From Octopus sinensis (taxonomy: Eukaryota), in contig NW_021831864.1 of NCBI RefSeq assembly GCF_006345805.1, positions 52-64,051 of the forward strand: a stretch of DNA of 64,000 bases, written 5' to 3'. The number at the start of each line of letters is the position of its first letter. Position 1 is the stretch's first letter. Below the pieces are notes generated by a model, which worked only from the letters and a program-made list of their open reading frames with translations, was not told where the DNA came from and made no database searches. This document shows, in pieces, positions 27,016-40,432 of the stretch. The position numbers and the translations under genes are program-made.

Positions 27016-27582
27016 TTATTATTATTCTCTTTATTATTCTTATTCTTCTTATTATTATTCTTATTAATATTATTAGTATTATTATTATTATTATTATTAA
27101 TCTTATTATTATCGGTTTATTATTACTATTATTCCTTATTATTATTATTATTATTATTATTTTGGTAAAATTCGGTAAGAATTTTCCAAAAATTTCGTTG
27201 AAAATTTTTGGGTAAAATTTTCGGCAAAAATTTTCGAAATATATCGGTGAAAATTTTTGGGTAAAATTTTCGAAAATTCTTTGGGAAAATTTGAAAATTT
27301 TTGGGAAAATTTTTGGGAAAATTTTCTTTGAATTTTTTCTTCGTCTTATTATTATTATCTTATTCTTATTCTACTTCTTCTTATTATTATTTTTATTATT
27401 CTTCTTCTTATTATTATTATTTTTATTATTAATATTATTATTACAATTTTTCTTATTATTATTATTCTTATATTCTTATTAATATTCTTCTTCTTATTAT
27501 TATTATTATTATTATTCTTGTTCTTCTTATTCATCTAATTATTATTATTATCATTATTATTATCTTGTCTTCTTATTCATCC

Positions 27583-27613
<31 letters not shown>

Positions 27614-30600
27614 TCTCTTTATTATTCTTATTCTTCTTATTATTATTATTCTTACTAATATTATTAGTATTATTATTATTCTTCTTCTTCTTATTATATT
27701 ATTATTATTCTTAATCTTATTATTATTCTTATTATTATTATCGGTGTTATTATTACTATTATTCCTTATTATTATTATTACTATTTGGGTAAAATTTTCG
27801 GCAAGAATTTTCGAAAAATTTCGTTGAAAATTTTTCGGTAAAATTTTCGGCAAAAATTTTCGGAATATATCGGTGAAAATTTTTGGGTAAAATTTTTGAA
27901 AAATTTGTGGGTAAAACTTTCGGCAAGAATTTTTAAAAAATTTCGTTCAAAATTTTTGGTAAACTTTTCGGCAAAAATTCTTTGGCAAAATTTGAAAATT
28001 TTGGAAAAATTTTTGGTAAATTTTCGAAAAATTTCGGTGGAAATTTTTGGGTAAAATTTTCCAAAAATTTGCACGGAAATTTGCTTGAAAATTTTTAGGC
28101 AAATTTTCGGCAAAGATTGTCGCAAAATTCGGTGAAAATCAGTGGGTAAAACTTCGGCAAGAATTTTCGAAAAATTTCGGTGAAAATTTTTGGGTAAAAT
28201 TTTCGGCAAGAATTTTCGAAAAAATTTTGGTGAAAATTTTTCAAAACTTTTTGGGTAAAATTTTCGGCAAAAATTTCCGAAAATTTCGGTGAAAATTTTT
28301 GGGTACAATTTTCGAAATATTTTGGGTAAAATTTTCGGCAAGAATTTTCGAAAAATTCCGTAAAAATTTTTGGGTAAAATTTTCGGCTAGAATTTTCGAA
28401 AAATTTTTGGGTTAAAGTTTTTGGCCAAAATTTTCGATAAATTTTTGTGTAAAATTTTCGGTAAAAATTATCGGAAAATTTTTGAGTAAAATTCGAAAAA
28501 GTTTGTGAAAATTTTCCAAAAATTTGGGGGTAAAATTTTCGGCGAGAATTTTCAAAAAATTTCGGTGAAAATTTTTTGGGGCAAAATTTTCGATAGATTT
28601 TGGGGTAAAATTTTCGGCAAGAATTTTCGAAAAATTTCGGTGAAATATTTTGGGTAAGATTTTCGGAAATTTTTATTCTTCTTCTATTATTATTTTATTC
28701 TTCTTCTTCTTATTATTATTATTTTTATTATTAATATTATTATTACAATTTTTCTTCTTATTATTATTCTTAATATCTTATTAATATTCTTCTTCTTCTT
28801 ATATTATTATTATTCTTGTTCTTCTTATTCATCTAATTATTATTATTATTATTATTATTATCATTATTATTATTCTTGTTCTTCTCATTCGTCTTATTAT
28901 TATTATTATTATTATTTTTATATATTATTATTATTATTATTCTCTTATTATTCTTATTCTTCTTCTTATTATTATTCTTATTAATATTATTAGTATTATT
29001 ATTATTATTATTATTATTAATCTTATTATTATCGGTGTTATTATTACTATTATTCCTTATTATTATTATTATTATTATTTTGGGTAAAATATTCGGTAAG
29101 TATTTTCCAAAAATTTCGTTGAAAATTTTTGGGTAAAAATTTTCGAAAAATTCTTTGGGAAAATTTGAAAATTTTGGGAAAATTTTGGGGAAAAATTTTC
29201 GTAGAAAATTTTTTCTTCGTCTATCTTATTATTATCTTATTCTTATTCTACTTCTTCTTATTATTATTTTTATTCTTCTTCTATTTTATTTATATTTGTA
29301 TTATAATATTATTTAAATTTTCTTATTATTATTATTCTTAATATTCTTATTAATATTCTTCTTCTTCTTATTATTATTCTTATTCTTGTTCTTCTTATTC
29401 ATCTAATTATTATTATTATCATTATTATTATTCTTGTTCTTCTTATTCATCCTATTTTATTATATTATTTTTTTTATTATTATTATTATTATCATTATTA
29501 TTCTCTTATTATTCTTCTTCTTCTTATTATTATTATTCTTACTAATATTATTAGTATTATTATTATTCCCTCTTCTTCTTCTTATTATTATTATTATTCT
29601 TAATTATTATTATTATTATTATTATTATCGGTGTTATTATTACTATTATTCCTTATTAGTATTATTACTATTTGGGGTAAAATTTTCGGCAAGAATTTTC
29701 GAGAAATTTCGTTGAAAATTTTTCGGTAAAATTTTCGGCAAAAATTTTCGGAATATATCGGTGAAAATTTTTGGGTAAAATTTTTGAAAAATTTGTGGGT
29801 AAAACTTTCGGCAAGAATTTTCAAAAAATTTCGTTCAAAATTTTTGGGTAAACTTTTCGGCAAAAATTCTTTGGCAAAATTTGAAAATTTTGGAAAAATT
29901 TTTGGTAAAATTTTCGAAAAATTTCGGTGGAAATTTTTGGGTAAAATGTTTCCCAAAAATTTGCACGGAAAATTTGGTTGAAAACTTTTGGGCAAAATTT
30001 TAGGCAAAGATTGTCGCAAAATTTCGGTGAAAATTAGTGGGTAAAACTTTCGGCAAGAATTTTCGAAAAATTTCGGTGAAAATTTTTGGGTAAAATTTTC
30101 GGCAAGAATTTTCGAAAAAATTTTGGTGAAAATTTTTCAAAACTTTTTGGGTAAAATTTTCGGCAAAAATTTCCGAAAAATTTCGGTGAAAATTTTTGGG
30201 TACAATTTTCGAAATATTTGTGGGTAAAATTTTCGGCAACAATTTTCGAAAAATTACGGTAAAAATTTTTGGGTAAAATTTTCGGCTAGAATTTTCGAAA
30301 AAATTTTTGGGTAAAGTTTTTGGCCAAAATTTTCGATAAATTTTTGGGTAAAATTTTCGGTAAAAATTATCGAAAAATTTTTGAGTAAAATTTTCGAAAA
30401 AGTTTGGTGAAAATTTTCCAAAACTTTTTGGGTAAAATTTTCGGCGAGAATTTTCAAAAAATTTCGGTGAAAATTTTTTGGGCAAAATTTTCGATAGATT
30501 TTTGGGTAAAATTTTCGGCAAGAATTTTCGAAAAATTTCGGTGAAATATTTTGGGTAAAATTTTCGGAAATTTTTATTTTCTTCTTCTTATTATTATTAT

Positions 30601-30673
30601 TATTTTTCTTTTTATTCTTATTATTCTTATTATTATTACTATTGTTATTATAATATTGTTCTTATTATTCTTC

Positions 30674-30718
<45 letters not shown>

Positions 30719-31109
30719 TTATCTTCTTCTTCTTAGTATTATTCTTCTTATTATTATTCTTCTTCCTATTATTATTATTATTCGTAAAATTCTTCTCATT
30801 ATTATTCTTATTATTATTTTTCCTATTATTATTCTTATACTTATTCTTCTTCTTATTATTATTAATTTTCTTCGTTTTATTATTATTATCTTATTCTTCT
30901 TCTTCTTATTATTATTATTTTTATTATTCTTCTTCTTATTATTATTTTTTTTATTATTAATATTATTATTACAATTTTTCTTATTATTATTATTCTTAAT
31001 ATTCGTATTAATATTCTTCTTATTATTATTATTATTCTTATTCTTGTTCTTCTTATTCATCTAATTATTATTATTATCATTATTATTATTCTTGTTCTTC
31101 TTATTCGTC

Positions 31110-31142
<33 letters not shown>

Positions 31143-31758
31143 TCTTTATTCTTCTTATTCTTCTTCTTCTTCTTATTATTATTATTATAATTATATTCTT
31201 AATCTTATTATTATTATTATTACTATTATTCCTTATTATTATTATTATTATTTTGGGTAAAATTTTCAGCAACAATTTTCGAACAATTTCGTTGAAAATT
31301 TTTGGGTAAAATTTTCGGCAAAAATTTTCGAAATATATCGGTGAAAATTTTTGGGTAAAATTTTCGAAAAATTCTTTGCGAAAATTTGAAAATTTTGGAA
31401 AAATTTTTGGTAAAATTTTCATGGAAAATTTTCGAAAAAATTTTGGTGGAAATTTTTGGGTAAAATTTTTCACAAAATTTTGCACGGAAAATTTGGTTGA
31501 AAATTTTTGGGCAAAATTTTCGGCAAAGATTTTCGAAAAATTTTCGGTGAAATTTTTTGGGTAAAACTTTCGGAAATTTTTCTTCTTCTTCTTCTTCTTC
31601 TTCTTATTATTATTATTATATTATTATTTTTCTTTTTATTCTTATTATTCTTAGTATTATTCTTATTATTCTTATTATTATTTTTTCATTATTATTATTA
31701 CTATTATTATTATTATTTTTATTATATTATTCTTATTATTCTTCTTTTTATTATTATA

Positions 31759-31789
<31 letters not shown>

Positions 31790-32174
31790 AATCTTATTAT
31801 TCTCATTATTATTATTATTATTATTATTCTTATTATTATTATTTATCTTCTTCTTCTTAGTAATATTATTCTTATTATTATTATTCTTCCTATTATTATT
31901 ATTATTCTTAAAATTGTTCTCCTTATTATTTTTCTTATTATTTTTCTTATTATTATTGTTATAATTATTCTTCTTCTTATTATTATTTTTCTTCGTCTTA
32001 TTATTATTATCTTATTCTTATTCTTATTATTATTCTTCTTCTTCTTCTTCTTCTTATTATTTTTATTATTATATTATTATTACAATTTTTCTTATTATTA
32101 TTATTCTTAATATTCTTATTAATATTCTTCTTCTTATTATTATTATTCTTATTCTTGTTCTTCTTATTCATCTA

Positions 32175-32209
<35 letters not shown>

Positions 32210-32241
32210 CATTATTATTATTCTTGTTCTTCTTATTCGTC

Positions 32242-32303
<62 letters not shown>

Positions 32304-32345
32304 TTTATTATTCTTATTCTTCTTATTATTCTTATTAATATTATT

Positions 32346-32397
<52 letters not shown>

Positions 32398-33456
32398 TTA
32401 ATCTTCTTCTTATTATTATTATTATCGGTGTTATTATTACTATTATTTCTTATCATTATTATTATTATTTTGGGTAAAATTTTTGCAAAAATTTTCGAAA
32501 TATATCGGTGAAAATTTTTGGGTAAAATTTTCGAAAAATTCTTTGGGAAAATTTGAAAATTTTTGAAAAATTTTTGGTAAAATTTTCTTTGAAAATTTTC
32601 GAAAAATTTCGGTGGAAATTTTTGGGTAAAATTTTTCCCAAAAATTTGCACGGAAAATTTGGTTGAAAATTTTTGGGCAAAATTTTCGGCAAAGATTTTC
32701 GCAAAATTTCGGTGAAAATTTGTGGGTAAAACTTTCGGCAAGAATTTTCGAAAAATTTCGGTGAAAATTTTTGGGTAAAATTTTCGGCAAGAATTTTCGA
32801 AAAAATTTTTGGGTAAAATTTTCGGCAAAAATTCCGAAAAATTTCGGTGAAAATTTTTGGGTACAATTTTCGAAATATTTGTGGGTAAAATTTTCGGCAA
32901 GAATTTTCGAAAAATTACGGTAAAAATTTTTGGGTAAAATTTTCGAAAAAGTTTTAGGTAAAATTTTTGGCCAAAATTTTCGATAAATTTTGGGTAAAAT
33001 TTTCGGCAAAAATTTTCGAAATATTTGTGGGTAAAATTTTCGAAAAAGTTTGGTGAAAATTTTCCAAAAATTTTTGGGTAAAATTTTCGGCAAAAATTTT
33101 CGAAATATTTCGGTGAAAATTTTTGGGTAAAATTTTCGAAAACTTTGTGGGTAAATTTTCGGCAAGAATTTTCGAAAAAATTTCAGTGAAATTTTTTGGG
33201 CAAAATTTTCGATAGATTTTTGGGTAAAATTTTCGACAAATTTCGGTGAAATTTTTTGGGTAAAATTTTCGGAAATTTTTATTATTCTTCTTCTTCTTCT
33301 TATTATTATTATTATTATTATTTTTCTTTTTATTCTTATTATTCTTCTTATTATTTTTTCATTATTATTATTACTATCATTATTATAATATTATTCTTAT
33401 TCTTTTTCTTTTTATTATTATTATTATTATTATTATTTTTATTATTCTTATTATTC

Positions 33457-33521
<65 letters not shown>

Positions 33522-33933
33522 TTTCCTATTATTATTCTTACACTTTTTCTTCTTATTATTATTATTTTTCTTCGTCTATTATTATTATCTTATTCTTCTT
33601 CTTCTTATTATTATTTTTATTATTCTTCTTCTTATTATTATTATTTTTATTATTAATATTATTATTACAATTTTTCTTATTATTATTATTCTTAATATTC
33701 TTATTAATATTCTTCTTCTTATTATTATTATTCTTATTCTTGTTCTTCTTATTCATCTATTATTATTATTATTATTATATTATTATCATTATTATTATTC
33801 ATATTCTTCTTATTCGTCTTATTATTATTATTATTATTATATTATATTATTATTTTTTTTTTATTATTATTACTATGATTATTATTATTCTCTTATTATT
33901 CTTATTCTTCTTATTATTCTTATTAATATTATT

Positions 33934-33975
<42 letters not shown>

Positions 33976-35492
33976 CTTCTTCTTCTTATTATTATTATCG
34001 GTGTTATTATTACTATTATTCCTTATTATTATTATTATTATTTTGGGTAAAATTTTTGCAAAAATTTTCGAAATATATCGGTGAAAATTTTTGGGGTAAA
34101 AGTTTCGAAAAATTCTTTGGGAAAATTTGAAAATTTTGGAAAAATTTTTTGTAAAATTTTCGTGGTAAATTTTCGAAAAAATTTTTGGTAAAATTTTCGA
34201 AAAATTTCGGTGGAAATTTTTGGGTAAAATTTTTCCCAAAAATTTGCACGGAAAATTTGGTTGAAAATTTTTGGGCGAAATTTTCGGCAAAGATTTTCGC
34301 AAAATTTCGGTGAAAATTTGTGGGTAAAACTTACGGCAAGAATTTTCGAAAAATTTCGGTGAAAATTTTTGGGTAAAATTTTCGAAAAATTCTTTGGGTA
34401 AATTTTGGTGGAAAATTTTCGAAAAGTGTTTGGGAAAATTTTCGAAAAATGTTGGGTAAAATTTTCGAAAAATTCTTTGGGAAAATTTTCGAAACGCTTT
34501 TGGTAAAATTTTCGGTGAAAATTTTCGAAAATTTTCGGTGGAAATCTTTGGGTAAAATTTTCGGCAAAAATTTTGGAAAAATTTCGGTGAAAATTTTTGG
34601 GTAAAATTTTGGAAAAATTCTTTGGGTAAATTTTGGTGGAAAATTTTCGAAAAGTGTTTGGGAAAATTTTCGAAAAATGTCGGGTAAAATTTTCGAAAAA
34701 TTCTTTGGGAAAATTTTCGAAACGCTTTTGGTAAAATTTTCGGTGGAAATTTTTGGGTAAAATTTTCGGCAAAAATTTTGGAAAAATTTCGGTGAAAATT
34801 TTTGGGTAAAATTTTGGAAAAATTCTTTGGGTAAATTTTGGTGGAAAATTTTGGAAAAATTTTTGGTAAAATTTTCAAAAAATTTCGGTGGAAAATTTTG
34901 GGTAAAATCCACAGAAATTTTTCGAAAATTTTACTAAAAAGAATTTTTCGAAAATTTCACCCACAAATTTTCACCGAAATTTTTCGAAAATTCTTGCCGA
35001 AAATTTTCGAAAATTTTCGGCAAGAATTTTTGAAACATTTCGGTGAAAATTTGTGGGTAAAATTTTCGATAAATTTTTGGGTAAAATTTTCGGCAAGAAT
35101 TTTCTAAAAATTTCGGTGAAAATTTTTGGGTAAAATTTTCGAAAAATTTGTGGGTAAAATTTTCGAAAAATTTCGGTGAAAAGTTTTGGGTAAAATTTTC
35201 GGCAAGAATTTTCGAAAAATTTTTGGGTAAAATTTTCAGCAAAAATTTTCGAAAAAATTTCGGTGAAAATTTTTGAGCAAAATTTTCGATAAATTTTTGG
35301 GTAAAATTTTCGGCAAGAATTTTCAAAAAATTTCGGTGAAAATTTTTTGGGTAAAATTTTCGGAAAAAATTTTCTAAAAATTTCGGTGAAAATTATTGGG
35401 TAAAATTTTCTAAAAATTTGTGGGTAAAATTTTCGGCAAGAATTTTCGAAAAATTTCGGTGAAAATTTTGGGTAAAATTTCCGAAAAATTTT
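21365..35492 (+). repeat. Composite higher-order satellite: AAAATTTT-rich 49/37-bp satellite blocks alternating with (ATT/CTT)n blocks
   Basis: Satellite blocks at about 21365-22415, 23091-23270, 23714-24597, 25273-25452, 25900-26760, 27161-27337, 27784-28672, 29079-29212, 29670-30575, 31253-31580, 32469-33280, 34041-35492. Marker GCACGG occurs at 21827, 24003, 26189, 28071, 29963, 31482, 32648, 34246. Confidence 0.95.
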
Positions 35493-35914
35493 TTAATAAT
35501 ATAATAATAATAACTATAATAATAACGATAATAACAATAATAATAATAATATTAATAATAATAATAATAATTATAATAATAATGATAATAATATATTTCC
35601 ATATATATGCTTTTATGTGAAATATAAATCAAAAATGGTTTATTGAAATGCTTGTCATTTATCACCTGAGATTGCTAACTAGTTCCACTTTAAAAAGATG
35701 GAGCTGTCTAGCATGCGTTACAAATGCATTATTATATTCATACTGTTTACGTTGTCACACCACTATTCATATTAGTTATTTTCCATGACCCCATCGTTTC
35801 GTCTTCTCTCTCACTTTTTCTCATTTTATCTTATAGCCCCTTTCTTTTCCTCTTCCTACTTCAACGACTCTGAATGTCTCTCTATCATCTTCCTGTCAAC
35901 TTCCGTTCCTAGTT

Positions 35915-35929
35915 ACATACATATATATA

Positions 35930-36001
<72 letters not shown>

Positions 36002-36006
36002 AAGAG

Positions 36007-36056
<50 letters not shown>

Positions 36057-36065
36057 GTAGGTAGG

Positions 36066-36110
<45 letters not shown>
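35915..36110. repeat. Compound (TA)n-(GA)n-(GATA)n microsatellite
   Basis: Seen directly. Confidence 0.95.
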
Positions 36111-36111
<1 letters not shown>

Positions 36112-37425
36112 TGTTTCTTTATTAGCCACACAGGGCTGCACACAGACAACAAATTACAAGGTAGAGCTTTTCTTTTGAGGGTAAAAAAAGGGGGTTGGTT
36201 TTCGATCAAAAGGGATCGTATAAGGAAAGAAAGAGGACAAAAAAAGGGGAGGATTTAAAAAAAAAGAAGGGGGGAAAGGGGAGAGGAAAAAAAAGTTGAT
36301 CAATAGGGATCGTAATCACAGAAATGTCAATATGAAGTGTAAAGGGGAGGACAGGTGAGGTTTACCCGTGGAAGGAAAAGCCTACGGAAAAGACCACGGT
36401 AACCTCGGTCAATGAAGTCACATGTTATATTTCTTTTTTTTTTGTAAATAAGCAACTCTCTGTATTAATTTTTAGATAGATAGATATGCATATATAGTAG
36501 CGTCAGTACATAGATAAAGGCTGACAGTTGCCATTCTTCGCGAGAAAATGATCTAAATTCTAAACCGATTTATCATTGTTCTGATATTTCTTTTCTGGAA
36601 CGTGAATTTCTGGCTGCGTTAGCTTGAAGCTATCACCTATTCTCTTAGGCTTCAGATTGCAGCCTCCATCATTTCCGCACGGGTGTCTCGTGTTTCCTCA
36701 AACAGGCTTGTCTATTGACTTGACAATCCAGCCTCTGTCGTTTCTGCTCTGGTGTCCTTTATTCCAGCAAACTGGCTTCCTTGATTGTTTCAAACTGAAG
36801 TTCTACTTTTCGTTGCTCTTGTGTCTCCAGTGTTTATCTATTCTTCTAGTATTTTCCTAACTCTTCGACTTCTGGAGCGTTGAATTTCAGATGAGTGAAA
36901 ACTATTATTTTGTCTTCTACGCATCATATTGAATGTTCTAAAGTTAATAAATTGAAAAAAATCAAAAGTAAATCGCGTAAGATTTCATTCATGTTTTTTT
37001 GTTTCTAAATTCAATCATGCGGCTTTATTCCATCCAGTTAATAAACCTCATAAAAATCTGTCAAGTATAACAATTCTACCTTATTTTTTATACATATATT
37101 ACCCAACTTCACTTCACAGAACGAAAATAGGATTGCTTCGAATTATAGCACATGATAACACAAGGAATATACAAATTGATATATGGCAGAAGACTGACGT
37201 CTCACCCCTCACACCCCATCAGACTCACACACACACACACACACACGCAAATGCACACACGTACATTGAACTTTTCTCACTCACGCTTTTCTATTCCGGC
37301 ATCTACTACGTTTTTCGTCAAATTCAAAGAAGATCATCTCGTGTTCAGCAAATATCTTTTCTCAGTAAAAGTTTTGATAGTGTGCTTATTGTGTCCTGAA
37401 ATCGTAATTCTCCAGCTTTTTAGGG

Positions 37426-37940
37426 TTTTTTTGAAAATTTTACCGAAAAATTTTTGGAAAATTTTCACCAAATTTTTTTCGAAAACTTTACCGAAAAATT
37501 TTCACCGAAATTTTTCTAAAATTTTTGCCGAAAATTTTACCCAAAAATGTCCACCGACATTTTTCGAAAATTTTCACCGAAAATTTTACCAAAAATTTTT
37601 CGAAAATTATCCACGAAATTTTACTCAAAAATTTTGCTGAAAATTTTCGAAAAATTTTTAGGTAAAAATTTTTGAGTAAAATTTTCGGAAACAATTTTCG
37701 AAAAATTTCCGTGAAAATTTTTGGGTAAAATTTTCGGTAAATATTTTCGAAAAAGTTTTGGTGAAAATTTTCCAAATATTTTTAGGTAAAATTTTCGGCA
37801 AAAATTTTCGAAAAGTTTCGGTGAAAATTTTTGGGTAAAATTTTCTGCAATAATTTTCAAAAAATTTCCGTGAAAATTTTTGGTTAAAATTTTCGGCAAA
37901 TATTTTCGAAAAAGTTTTGGTGAAAATTTTCCAAATATTT
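37426..37940. repeat. Outlier block of the same satellite; first ~220 bp inverted
   Basis: ..ttttacccaaaaa / ttttcaccgaaa (reverse orientation) up to ~37645, then ..ttttgggtaaaattttcgg (forward). Confidence 0.9.
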
Positions 37941-38320
37941 TTATTTTTAATATTATTATTATTATTCTTACTATTCTTAATATACTTATTTTCTACTTCT
38001 TATTATTATTTTTTTATTTTTGTTATTACTATTATTGTTATCAATATTATTGATTATTCTTATTATTCTTCTTCTTATTATTATTATTTTTATTATTGTT
38101 ATTCTTTTTCTTCTTAATCTTATTATTTTTATTACTATTATTATTATTGTTATTATTCTCATTCTTTTTATTCTTCTTCTTCTTCTTCTTCTTATTATTA
38201 TTCTTATTGTTATAATTATAATTCTTACTCTTCTTCTTATTATTATTATTATTACTATAATTATTATTCTTATTATTCACCTTCTTCTTCTTCTTCTTCT
38301 ACTTCTTCTTCTTCTTCTTC

Positions 38321-38359
<39 letters not shown>

Positions 38360-38434
38360 TTAATCTTATTATTATTGTTGTTATTACTATTATTCTTCTT
38401 ATTATTATTCTTATTACTTTTATTATTATTATTC

Positions 38435-38465
<31 letters not shown>

Positions 38466-40336
38466 CTTATTCATCTTATTATTATTATTCATATTATTAT
38501 TATTATTTTTATTCTTCTTCTTCTTCTTCTTATTATTATTCTTAATCTTATTATTATTGTTATTCTTCTTATTATTATTTTTATTATTATTATTCTTATT
38601 ATTATTCTTCTTCTTCTTATTATTATTTTTATTATTATTATTATTGGTTGTTGCCGGCGCCGTCCCGTCTAGCCTCCGTGTCGGTGGCACGTAAAAGCAC
38701 CATCCATTCGTGTCCGTTGCCAGCCTCGCCTGCCCCCCGTGCAGGTGACACATAAAAGCACGAACCGTTCGTGGCCGTTTGCCAGCTCTGTCTGGCCCCT
38801 GCATCGGTGGCACGTAAAAGCACCATCCGTTCGTGTCCATTGCCAGCCTCGCCTGGCCCCCGTGCCGGTGACACGTAAAAGCACCATCCGTTCGTGGCCG
38901 TTTGCCAGCTCTGTCTGGCACCTGTGCGGGTGGCACATAAAAAGCACCCACTACACTCACGGAGTGGTTGGCGTTAGGAAGTGCATCCAGCCGTAGAAAC
39001 ACTGCCAGATCAGACTGAGCCTGATGCAGCCTTCTGGCTTCACAGACCCCAGTTGAACCGTCCAACCCATGCTAGCATGGAAAACGGACGCTAAATGATG
39101 ATGATGGTGATGATGATTATTATTATTATTCTCATTATTATTATTATTAATATCATTATTCTTATTATTATTCTTCTTCTTATTATTATTATTATTATTA
39201 ATATTATTATTATTCATAATATCATTATTCTTTTTCTTCTTCTTATTATTATTTTTATTATTATTATTAATATTATTATTATTATTATTATTCTTTTCTA
39301 TTCTTATTCTTCTTCTTATTATTATTATTATTATTTTTATTATAATTATTATTATTACTATTATTATTATTATTATTATTACTATTCTTCTTCTTCTTAT
39401 TCTTATTATTCTTTTTATTATTATTCTTATTCTTCTTCTTCGTCTTATTATTATTATTACTATTATATTTATTCTTCTTCTTCTTCTTCTTATTATTATT
39501 ATCATTATTATTCTTATTATTATTATTTTTATTATTATTCTTACTATTCTTATTATAACTCTTCTTCTTCTTATTATTACTATTATTCTTCTTCTTATTC
39601 TTCTTCCTCTTATTCTTATTATTCTTCTTCTAATTCTTCTTATTATTATTATTATTTTTCTTCTTCTTCTTCTTCTTATTATTATTCTTATTCTTCTTCG
39701 TCTTATTATTATTATTACTCTTATTATTCTTCTAATTCTTCTTCTTTTTCTTCTTCTTATTATTATTCTTATTCATCTTCTTCTTATTATTATTCTTCGT
39801 ATTATTCTTATTATTATTACTTTTCTTATTATTCTTCTAATTATTATTATTATTATTATTATTTTTCTTCTTCTTCTTATTATTATTATTATTAATATTA
39901 TTATTATTATTCTTAATATAATAGTATTATTATTCTTCTTCTTTCTTATTATTCTTCTTATTATTATTATTATTTATACTATTCTTCTTCTTCTTATTAT
40001 TATTATTATTCTTATTCTTATTCTTCTTATTATTATTATTACTCTCATTCTTCTTCTTCTTCTTCTTCTTATTCTTATTATTATTATTATTATTCACCTT
40101 CTTCTTCTTATTATTATTTTTCTTCCTATTATTATTATTATTATTTTTATTATTTTTATTATTATTATTATTCTTCTTCTTCTTATTATTATTATTATTA
40201 TTATAATTATTATTTTTATTCTTCTTCTTATTATTCTTCTTCTTCTTCTTCTTCTTCTAATTATTATTATTATTATTATTATTATTTTTCTTGTTCTTGT
40301 TGTTGTTGTTCTTCTTCTTCTTCTTCTCATTATTAC

Positions 40337-40387
<51 letters not shown>

Positions 40388-40432
40388 TATTATTCTTCTT
40401 CTTCTCTTATTATTATTATTATTATTATTATT
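37941..40432 (+). repeat. Second (ATT/CTT)n field, interrupted by a family-B element
   Basis: Seen directly. Confidence 0.95.
38645..39120 (+). mobile_element. SINE-like family B with internal 61/62-bp minisatellite and (GAT)n tail
   Basis: AAAAGCAC at 38693, 38754, 38816, 38877 and ~38940; then GGTTGGCGTTAGGAAGTGCATCCAGC...GGACGCTAAATGATGATG. Confidence 0.85.

Noticed and set aside
21365-35492. CRISPR-like repeat/spacer alternation
   Set aside because: Blocks are hundreds of bp long, the 'spacers' are homologous low-complexity DNA, there are no cas genes, and the context is eukaryotic.
37420-37425. TTAGGG at the unique/satellite junction (also near 41123)
   Set aside because: Single hexamers are expected by chance; there is no telomeric array.
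10218-40330. Dozens of long ORFs (poly-I/L/Y/N/R; KILPKNF repeats)
   Set aside because: Products of stop-poor trinucleotide and satellite frames. They are open on both strands in several frames, with no splice context or domain content.
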